A program made the translations under genes and the position numbers. Positions 56,778 to 64,000 of a stretch of 64,000 nt of DNA are shown here, one piece after another. The DNA is from a virus (lineage: Duplodnaviria; Caudoviricetes), in the IMG/VR virus record IMGVR_UViG_3300037755_000591, positions 1 through 64,000 of that record; one strand, given 5' to 3'. The notes beneath the pieces are model-generated. The model did no database searches. It worked only from the letters and a program-made list of their open reading frames with translations, and was not told the origin of the DNA. Every line of letters starts with the position of its first letter. The stretch's first letter is position 1.

Positions 56778-57600
56778 CCCCCCCGGCACGACGACGGTTG
56801 GTTCGAGATTTGCCCGTTGAATTTCGAGCCAATTGGCGAGGCTTAGACCGAAACTTATCCCGCTGGTTTGATTTCGCATCGGCCAGTCGGGTCCATCCTT
56901 CTGCAAGGGTTGTTAGGTCGTCTGATAGGAATGGGTATTTTTCGAACAACACCTGCATCCATGCAATACGTTGTTCAACGATTTCATTGGGGTCTAACTC
57001 AGGGGCAGGGGGAAGGTGAATCTCAGAGCGTTGTTTGTTCTCACTATCGCGGTTCCAATATTCAACGGAGGGCATTTCGCAGCCAAGCTCATCAATAATC
57101 TTGGAGTATTCAAATATCGCGCCAGTTTCCTCGTCTTGAATGACGCTGTTTTCGAAAATATGCTTGTCAGTGACATCGCCCTCAACCACTAATCGGCCAG
57201 TGGACAACACAGCCGATAATGTGCCTAACAAGCTGCATATACGGCGTTCGCGCTCAATAGAGGTGCGAACTTTGCGTAAGGCGGTTTCGAGTGATTGACG
57301 CGGGGTAGCCTTTCCAGCACGCTCCGGCAGCCATGCAAGTTTATGATCGACACTGCCCGACGAACGCTGTGCGGCCAGCTCTCGTACTTCTGGACTGCGA
57401 ACACTCAGCGCTTTGGGATCAACGTCTACTTGCCGGGCTGAATAGAGGTCGATGGCAAAAAGTGACATCAGTTGGGCAGTTTCTTCATTGATGGTTATCT
57501 GGACTCCAATGTTATCATCCAGTTCAATGATACCCGTGAAGGTTTTAGAATCGTCGTCATATTCAGTTGTGATGTATTCTTTATCTGTTACGGTAGCCAT
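56728..57600 (-). CDS. Tail assembly chaperone (G)
   Basis: AGGAG RBS; lies between the tail tube gene and the tape measure; G9 run near the 3' end. Confidence 0.55.
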   Translation of the reverse strand: MATVTDKEYITTEYDDDSKTFTGIIELDDNIGVQITINEETAQLMSLFAIDLYSARQVDVDPKALSVRSPEVRELAAQRSSGSVDHKLAWLPERAGKATPRQSLETALRKVRTSIERERRICSLLGTLSAVLSTGRLVVEGDVTDKHIFENSVIQDEETGAIFEYSKIIDELGCEMPSVEYWNRDSENKQRSEIHLPPAPELDPNEIVEQRIAWMQVLFEKYPFLSDDLTTLAEGWTRLADAKSNQRDKFRSKPRQLARNSTGKSRTNRRRAGGGHDETPGVVQEIDPNI

Positions 57601-57652
57601 TTCGAGTATTTCTCCTGTTGAAACAGGGAGGGAAATTAACCCCTCCCCTTGT

Positions 57653-57672
57653 TATTTGAATTAATTCAATTA
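57653..57672 (-). promoter_or_regulatory. 20-bp palindromic site, copy 7
   Basis: Minus strand TAATTGAAT-TA-ATTCAAATA; begins with the TAA stop (57672-57670); followed by a GGGAGGG/CCCTCCC hairpin (57647-57626). Confidence 0.8.
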
Positions 57673-59175
57673 AGCAACGGCAACCCCATACGGGCAGGTT
57701 GTCAGTTCAACGATTTCGCCTGTATCAGTTACGGCGATGTAGTCGTTTGCGCCAGCATAAATCTCATTACCACCATTGCACTTGGCCGCGGCAGTGTAAT
57801 TACCTGTTGGAGCAACGCCAGCATAAGGTTGAGCCTTGAATGACCACTGGTTCATCAAGTCACGACGATAGATACCTTGAGCATCATCGAAGACAATTTG
57901 GCGGAAGCCATTGCCCAAGATGGCAACGATCCCAGCCCCGCCTGTGAAGGGGTTTAGGGATCGGAAGTCGTCAATATCAATGTTGACATCACGATTTTCG
58001 TAAACAACACCGGCTGCCGTTCCTACCATCAGATGGCGGGAACCAAGCACGGTAATTGATGTGAATGCACCCGCGCCAGCCACGATAGACGCGGTAATGT
58101 CGGTGAGGTTATTGCCTTCGAGGTAGTACGCAGCATAGTTGGCCGTATCAACGCCCACCAAGTACAGACGCTCATCAACTTCGTCCCACGCCCCCGCGTC
58201 AAAGCGGGCCGTGGTAACCGTCGCTGCAACTTGGGTGAATGTGACATCATCAGCACTGCGATAGATGTTACCCGCATCACCGAAAATGAATGTATATCCG
58301 CCGCCAACGACAACACCAAAGACACCGAAAGCATAATTGGTGTAGGCCCATGTCACACCGCGATCTTCAGACACACCAACGCCACCCACCGTTGGTAAGG
58401 CAATATCGTCAGTATAGGTGATAATGCGCTTATCACCTGCACAATATATGCCAGTGATAATCGAGTCAGCCGGTATGCCCGTCAAGTCCAGCGCTACGCC
58501 GCTCTGAAATTGATCGGCGGTCGCTTCTAGGGTTTCGGCCACACCACCATAAATCCCATTTTGGCATTCGGGGTTACACGATGCACATGCATCATCACAG
58601 TACGCCACCGCATGGAGCGCGGTTGGTCCGGCAATGGCACGAATACGACGTGCTTGTAGATAGAAGTCCTGATAGATTTCAGGGAAGGTGACGTTGACAG
58701 TTGCACCAATTGATTCTGTGCCGCCGTCGATTTGAATGAAGTCATCGGTTTCTTGGAAACCAGAGAAGGTGATTTCTTGGAACCAGCGCATGATCTGTCC
58801 GCACTCGTTGTCAACACACTCGTTGGTCATAGCGAGTTCGACACCACAGATTGCCGTGCCGTCGCGCATATAACGTCCGAGGACGTTACGAAAGGCTGAT
58901 CCACGAGGGAGTGCAATCGTATAAGTGTTCGACAAGGTACGTTCACCAACGATTGTGCGGCGACTGTTTTTCTGGATTCCGCCCGTATACTTTGTGCGGA
59001 GGTGCGTTATGGCTTCTTCGGTATCCCGCGCCGGACTACCAAATCCCCATCCATCAAACCGATACCAAGGACTAAAGTAGCCATCGGGACCGGGGAGTCG
59101 AGCATAAATCACTGACCCCTTGGGGTGCAGGATGATGTTTTGATCGACAACTTTATCAATAAACCAATTTGCCAT
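57670..59175 (-). CDS. Putative major tail protein with C-terminal beta-propeller
   Basis: Position upstream of the chaperones; BNR-like repeats VSEDRGVTW and IYRSADDVTF. Confidence 0.55.
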   Translation of the reverse strand: MANWFIDKVVDQNIILHPKGSVIYARLPGPDGYFSPWYRFDGWGFGSPARDTEEAITHLRTKYTGGIQKNSRRTIVGERTLSNTYTIALPRGSAFRNVLGRYMRDGTAICGVELAMTNECVDNECGQIMRWFQEITFSGFQETDDFIQIDGGTESIGATVNVTFPEIYQDFYLQARRIRAIAGPTALHAVAYCDDACASCNPECQNGIYGGVAETLEATADQFQSGVALDLTGIPADSIITGIYCAGDKRIITYTDDIALPTVGGVGVSEDRGVTWAYTNYAFGVFGVVVGGGYTFIFGDAGNIYRSADDVTFTQVAATVTTARFDAGAWDEVDERLYLVGVDTANYAAYYLEGNNLTDITASIVAGAGAFTSITVLGSRHLMVGTAAGVVYENRDVNIDIDDFRSLNPFTGGAGIVAILGNGFRQIVFDDAQGIYRRDLMNQWSFKAQPYAGVAPTGNYTAAAKCNGGNEIYAGANDYIAVTDTGEIVELTTCPYGVAVA

Positions 59176-59180
59176 TGAAG

Positions 59181-59618
59181 TTACTCCTGATTAGTGACAA
59201 TTTTTGCGAGTTGAGAAGCTGCTGGCCCAATGCTCTGTGCGACCGGCAACAGGGAGTTTGCGGCAACATAGCCTTCAACTTGAGTAACAAACCCTGCCGA
59301 CCAGAGGCGAAGTTGATAGTCGTTGACAGTTGGAACAATGTTGCGTAGAGCTTTGGTGTAGTCATGTGGCACACCCAAAGCACCAATTTCTTCTTCTGAA
59401 AGTGATAATGCGCGAGATGCATGGTAACGGTCTTCCCATACTGCCCTCAGTAGATAGCGATAATCGCTAGTGTCGTCACTGTTCGCTGGTCTTAACAGCA
59501 CGTATTCTTTCGATACGGCAGTGACAACATACTCGACCTTCGCAGGCCGGCGACGTAACCTACTAAGTGGGTCGTCATTATTCACATCCAATTTGGAGTC
59601 ATCGTTGTTATTGCCCAT
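59181..59618 (-). CDS. Hypothetical virion-module protein
   Basis: AGGAG RBS; 145 aa. Confidence 0.55.
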   Translation of the reverse strand: MGNNNDDSKLDVNNDDPLSRLRRRPAKVEYVVTAVSKEYVLLRPANSDDTSDYRYLLRAVWEDRYHASRALSLSEEEIGALGVPHDYTKALRNIVPTVNDYQLRLWSAGFVTQVEGYVAANSLLPVAQSIGPAASQLAKIVTNQE

Positions 59619-59628
59619 AAAAATCTCC

Positions 59629-60921
59629 TTAAACAGCGATTCCGCGCCGTTTCTTGTAATTCTTGATAATGTTCCATGCGTCTAATGCGCCTTCGGTTTC
59701 ACCAAATGGGCATTCTTCCATCTGCTTTTTACGCATCGCTACAAAGGTAGTAGGGTGATCGAAACCGGGAATGGTGCGCCAACGTTGTAATTTATTGCGG
59801 CGGCGACCCGTGTTATCGACTTGATCTAAACACCCACAGCCGCAAAATTCACATTGCAGTAGGTGAGTTGCTAACTTGGCAATAGCGATAGCCAATAACG
59901 AGTCAATCTGTCCATTTTCTTGTAGCGGATACCCCGCCACATAATGAATATCAGCCTTAATAGGTTTTTTTCGGTACTGTCCACATGTGCAATTAGTTAG
60001 CGACTGATTACAAATTAACTCATTAGGCGTTACGGTCGTATCGAGTCTTGCCGGATTTGGCACAAGTAGTCCATGGTCTCGATCCCAAATTGTGTAACAA
60101 ACTGGCTGACGGGATTCCGCACAGCAGTTTGGATAGATCAATTCACCCTGTTGAGTTGCGTCGATGGTTTTTAAATAAACTTCAATCTCAGTAACATAAA
60201 CACTATTATCGTCAGCCGTAAGTGGAATGGCTTCATAGCTTAAATAAAGTTCTGGACGAACAATGCAAAAGGCTGGACCATTGATCGTTGCAGTCCAGTT
60301 GCCATCGCCACCAGAGCTATCAATGACTACATTTATCGGTCGAATTTGCCACTGTTCTTTAGGTTCCCCAAAGCGATCCCCTGCGGTGAAAAAGGCAACA
60401 ATATCTTGTGGCACAGTATTATCCGGGACCGAAAACACGCCACTCACAAATTGTTCTTCTAAATTAGCAGGAACGTAAATTGAGCCACGCCCAACTGACA
60501 AATTGGCTTCCAGAAGCTCATGAGTAAGTGTGCCAACGGCTACTAAATAATTCCATTTGGTTTGTACAGGCGGTAGATCGTGACCATAATATCTCCCGCA
60601 AATGCTTTCAAACTTACTGATGGCATCTTTGGGGTTATCATCCAATGTAACTTCTTGCTCAAGGTATTTAGGATAAGGGTAATATTTTATTATCCGCGCA
60701 ATGCGATCTTCAGCTTCTTTGATGGCTCGACTAATCTCTGCCCGTGCCAGCTTATTATCGTGATGCATCATTTCAAAATAAGGGGCATCGCAACCCTGTC
60801 CGCAACATTCAAAAGTATCATCGCCCTCAATGTATGCAAATTGAGCCATCGTCCAAGGGTGTAGTCCAAGAATGCGACAATACTCAGTGATGCTCAACCC
60901 ATTTTCGTACAGAGAACGCAT
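59629..60921 (-). CDS. Putative head-to-tail adaptor, Cys-rich
   Basis: IHYVAGYP..AIAKLATHLL pattern; located after the capsid gene. Confidence 0.55.
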   Translation of the reverse strand: MRSLYENGLSITEYCRILGLHPWTMAQFAYIEGDDTFECCGQGCDAPYFEMMHHDNKLARAEISRAIKEAEDRIARIIKYYPYPKYLEQEVTLDDNPKDAISKFESICGRYYGHDLPPVQTKWNYLVAVGTLTHELLEANLSVGRGSIYVPANLEEQFVSGVFSVPDNTVPQDIVAFFTAGDRFGEPKEQWQIRPINVVIDSSGGDGNWTATINGPAFCIVRPELYLSYEAIPLTADDNSVYVTEIEVYLKTIDATQQGELIYPNCCAESRQPVCYTIWDRDHGLLVPNPARLDTTVTPNELICNQSLTNCTCGQYRKKPIKADIHYVAGYPLQENGQIDSLLAIAIAKLATHLLQCEFCGCGCLDQVDNTGRRRNKLQRWRTIPGFDHPTTFVAMRKKQMEECPFGETEGALDAWNIIKNYKKRRGIAV

Positions 60922-61229
60922 TAAGATTCCTCATCCTGCAACAACAGTTGCAACAATATGACCCCGCTACTAATGGCCAACGGTATTGCAATCCAGCGGT
61001 AAACCCCAAAAGCCAATTCAGACAGCGCAAATAATCCGAATGCCACCCAAATCGAGAAACACCAGATGCATGTAAACAATTCGCCAATCTGATTAGATGG
61101 TTGGTGATCCACTACACCAAACAAACGCCTAAAACGTTCGAAGATGTGCAGCGGACCGGCTTCGACAACAAATAAAAGACTTATCCGCCACGTCGCGAAA
61201 ATCAAAATAAGAAAATCAAGCCATTCCAT
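60921..61229 (-). CDS. DUF1360-like membrane protein
   Basis: ATWRISLLF..GELFTCIWCFSIWVA. Confidence 0.8.
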   Translation of the reverse strand: MEWLDFLILIFATWRISLLFVVEAGPLHIFERFRRLFGVVDHQPSNQIGELFTCIWCFSIWVAFGLFALSELAFGVYRWIAIPLAISSGVILLQLLLQDEES

Positions 61230-61249
61230 TTATGATTTTGCCTTAGATG

Positions 61250-61657
61250 TTACTTTGCGACGGGTACTGGATCGAGTTGTTCTGGATTTACGCTTTTTTT
61301 TTCGGGTTCGACAGCTTCAGGTTCCTCGCTCTTGGGTTCCTCAGCTTTAGGTTCCGGTGGCGGAGTCTCATCGGGAACTTCTTCGATTGATACCATCCGC
61401 TCAAAACGATGAGGTTCTGCCTCAACATCTTTGACGTGAACCCGCAAGTGTGCGCCGTTGGTGTGGTATCCATAATTAGTAATACGATATTGCTTCAGGA
61501 CACCCGTAGCTGAATAAATCCAGTGACCATAGTTTTTGCCGCTGTAGACAACCTCGATAAAATCAGGATCGTCTTTAGGAATAAGATTCTGAGCCATTAT
61601 GCTAAACCCTTTCTTTTGCGCGGAAGCCTTTTTTTTATTTCCGCCACATTTACACAT
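61250..61657 (-). CDS. Hypothetical protein
   Basis: MCKCGG start; acidic Pro-rich C-terminus. Confidence 0.55.
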   Translation of the reverse strand: MCKCGGNKKKASAQKKGFSIMAQNLIPKDDPDFIEVVYSGKNYGHWIYSATGVLKQYRITNYGYHTNGAHLRVHVKDVEAEPHRFERMVSIEEVPDETPPPEPKAEEPKSEEPEAVEPEKKSVNPEQLDPVPVAK

Positions 61658-61726
61658 GCTTTTTCTCCTAGATGTCAGGGGGTAGGGCTTTGGACACCCT
61701 ACCCATTTTCAAAGGTATCGAACGAA

Positions 61727-63298
61727 CTAGGCGGGAACTGCAATCGTCGGCAATTCAATCAATTCCGGTGCGATGGAGACGTTATCTAAACGCCCTGCAA
61801 GATGGGGCGCACGGAAGATTAACGCCATTTCGGTCCAAGATTTCACTTGGACGCAGGGAAAATTATCTTTTACATCCAGCAAGAAACGTCCACCGTCCGT
61901 CCAGCCATAACTCTGTGCAGACTGAGTCTGGCTTGGAACTTGCCCGTAAGCGCTAGCGACCTTGGTGTAATCTTTGTGTCGCCACACTTGAACGTTCTCA
62001 CCATCAACAACAAATGGCAAGAAGAAAATCGTGCTGGTATAGAAGGCTGGCACAATTGGCGGGCCGGGATCTTCCGGTGTGAAGGTGGTTGGAATAAAGT
62101 CATCCAACATTATCGGATAGGTGCGCCCATTGACCGTAACGGTTTGAGTGTTCGCTAGACGTTGGCGTTCAAACAAGTTGAATACTTCCATGTTTTGGAA
62201 GGGGTTTGCGCCGTTGTGTCCACCGGTATTGGCATTCAGGGTGGGCGATGAACAACCATCACTGATGATGTCGCAGGGCAAATACTTGATAAGTTCCGCC
62301 CACCATTCACTATGCATCACAAACGCCCACTGGACCATTGCTACATCGAATCCTAAGCGACGGGCGCGTGTGTAGATAAGGTGTTCCAATGTTTGCAAAC
62401 GGGCATAGATATTGTCAGTGCCGATAGTGCCGTCAAAGTCAATGACGACGCTATTTAATGACTCACAATTGGTTCCCGTCACATAAGTCTTGGTGTCCCA
62501 ATCGTCGGCAACGAGAAGGTTCATGCCCTCCCAAGGGATTCGCCAAGCTGCGTCTAAGTCAGTTACAACTGTCGATTGCAGCAACGCATTGGTGGGATCA
62601 GCATTCCAATACAACCACGAGTGAATGTGATTGTGTTTCTTGGCTTGCAAGAAAACCTCACGCCGAATCGCGCCTTTCTTGACGAAATCGCGATCTTGCA
62701 GTTGGTCAAATGTTGCCGGAGCGCTTACGCCACGAACCGACCCAACGAAATACAAGTCGTCGCGAACACCACGATTGGCATCCTCAATTACACGAGTAAG
62801 GTCCGCAGTGCGGCTTTGGAAAGTGATGCGGCCAAGTTCAACTTCCATCTTACACACATCAAAATTACCGGGTTCCGGGAAATTACCACAGATTGTGGCA
62901 TCTTCAGGAGCAGCGAAACTACCGAGGTCAAGAGAGGTCAGGAATGCATGTTTGACAGTCATTACTGTCGTTGCGATAACAGGCAAGATGTTGGCAATAG
63001 AGTCCAAGGGCTGAACTAAAGCATTCAGGACAGGTGATTCCAAATCACAATCAGTCAGCACACCGCCTTCGGCATATGGTAGCTGTACCGCATTCGAATT
63101 GGCAGATGGAGGACCCCATTTTTCAACTGACGATTTCTCACGTTGGTTGAACTTAAATGTATAGGGGTTGGACGGATTCAGTTGTTTATTGGGATCGGGT
63201 GTTTTGGAGTCCTTTGCATAGGCTTCATACAAAGTACCCATATGAGTAAAAAACTCTTCCATCGACCCCTTCTCGATTTGTCGGGTTGGAAATGACAT
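61727..63298 (-). CDS. Putative major capsid protein
   Basis: 523 aa; GAGGT RBS; follows a scaffold-like gene and precedes the adaptor/tail genes. Confidence 0.6.
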   Translation of the reverse strand: MSFPTRQIEKGSMEEFFTHMGTLYEAYAKDSKTPDPNKQLNPSNPYTFKFNQREKSSVEKWGPPSANSNAVQLPYAEGGVLTDCDLESPVLNALVQPLDSIANILPVIATTVMTVKHAFLTSLDLGSFAAPEDATICGNFPEPGNFDVCKMEVELGRITFQSRTADLTRVIEDANRGVRDDLYFVGSVRGVSAPATFDQLQDRDFVKKGAIRREVFLQAKKHNHIHSWLYWNADPTNALLQSTVVTDLDAAWRIPWEGMNLLVADDWDTKTYVTGTNCESLNSVVIDFDGTIGTDNIYARLQTLEHLIYTRARRLGFDVAMVQWAFVMHSEWWAELIKYLPCDIISDGCSSPTLNANTGGHNGANPFQNMEVFNLFERQRLANTQTVTVNGRTYPIMLDDFIPTTFTPEDPGPPIVPAFYTSTIFFLPFVVDGENVQVWRHKDYTKVASAYGQVPSQTQSAQSYGWTDGGRFLLDVKDNFPCVQVKSWTEMALIFRAPHLAGRLDNVSIAPELIELPTIAVPA

Positions 63299-63329
63299 GG
63301 GAAATTACCTCATTTATAGAAATAGCGGT

Positions 63330-63983
63330 CTAGTATTCAAGTGCCTTGATTTGTTCGGGATCAGGCAATAACCCACTCCAATCGTCTTTTGTAGATGATT
63401 CGGGGGGGGCGGCTGGCCCGTCAGTCAAATCTTTTTCATCATCCCCTACTGTTGGAATCGGGGTTTTAGTGAAAAGGTTTTCAAGGCTTTCGAGTTGCTG
63501 TTCAAGTGCTGTTTTTTGCCGTGCGGCGGGAGGAAGGGTCAAGCCTTCTGTGATGTTGGCTTGTTGCTCCAACATCTTTTTGACCATTTCCAATAAGTCT
63601 GAAATTTGTTTCTTGAGGGTAGCATTTTCATCCTCAACAGCTTTCAGGCGAACCGATACAGGTTCTAGTGCCTTCTGAACGCTTTGGACAATTGGCAATA
63701 GTGCTGTATCGTCAACTTGTCGCGTTTCGGTATCATTGGTTTCGGCGACTGCTGGTTGACTTTCATCAGCGGCGGAATTTTCAGTGTCGGAAGGAGTGGG
63801 GGGAGAATCGATAGAATTGTCCGATGGAGGATCGTCAGAAGTGGTTGCCGCTGCATCTTTGCTTCGCAAACCATTGGCTTTAGCAGAATCCGCCGCTGCC
63901 TTGCCCATTTCTTCTAATATTCCTATCGTGTCAGGGTCCAACATTGTGCCTAATTTGGCACGTTGCTCGTCAGTTAGGCTCAT
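63330..63983 (-). CDS. Putative capsid scaffolding protein
   Basis: AAGGAG RBS; low-complexity acidic linker plus coiled coil; upstream of the capsid gene. Confidence 0.6.
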   Translation of the reverse strand: MSLTDEQRAKLGTMLDPDTIGILEEMGKAAADSAKANGLRSKDAAATTSDDPPSDNSIDSPPTPSDTENSAADESQPAVAETNDTETRQVDDTALLPIVQSVQKALEPVSVRLKAVEDENATLKKQISDLLEMVKKMLEQQANITEGLTLPPAARQKTALEQQLESLENLFTKTPIPTVGDDEKDLTDGPAAPPESSTKDDWSGLLPDPEQIKALEY

Positions 63984-64000
63984 CTTGGTAAGCTCCTTAA

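Noticed and set aside
56728-56906. Canonical -1 tail chaperone frameshift
   Set aside because: The downstream ORF is in the +1/-2 frame, so -1 does not connect the two ORFs.
3250-57672. CRISPR array or integron attC array built from the 20-bp palindromes
   Set aside because: Copies are kilobases apart, with no spacers, no cas or integrase gene, and no attC R/L box structure.

Overview
The whole window reads as part of one large tailed (siphovirus-like) phage or phage-plasmid genome; no host housekeeping genes are visible. Layout: (1) 1-880, non-coding regulatory region. (2) 883-19674 (+), early/accessory arm with a 1081-aa polyvalent DNA-methyltransferase protein, a SNF2/HARP-like helicase carrying a class-3 LAGLIDADG intein, and many small orphans. 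(3) 20045-35827 (-), replication/maintenance arm: DUF1064 nuclease, ParB-like, DUF488, TGT-like TIM barrel, a tnpB-only IS200/IS605 element interrupting a small gene, SLOG, ParM/ParR-type partition pair, MazG, SSB, DnaB, an initiator with internal iterons, and a small HTH behind back-to-back promoters. (4) 35957-40721 (+): a ~500-nt structured intergenic region, an ERF-like annealing protein, a minimal PolX and a frameshifted DUF3168-like gene. (5) 40763-63983 (-), morphogenesis: membrane/lysis-like genes, three tail-collar paralogues, hub/Dit-like genes, a 2782-aa tape measure with LysM, tail chaperones, tail tube, adaptor, capsid and scaffold. Portal, terminase, integrase and endolysin are not in the window. 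The main unexplained signals are a 20-bp palindrome found 7 times at or just after stop codons in a fixed orientation, two candidate structured RNAs, a probable antisense RNA over the initiator leader, and beta-clamp motifs on five unrelated proteins. All family assignments come from motif recognition by eye; no database searches or folding programs were run.
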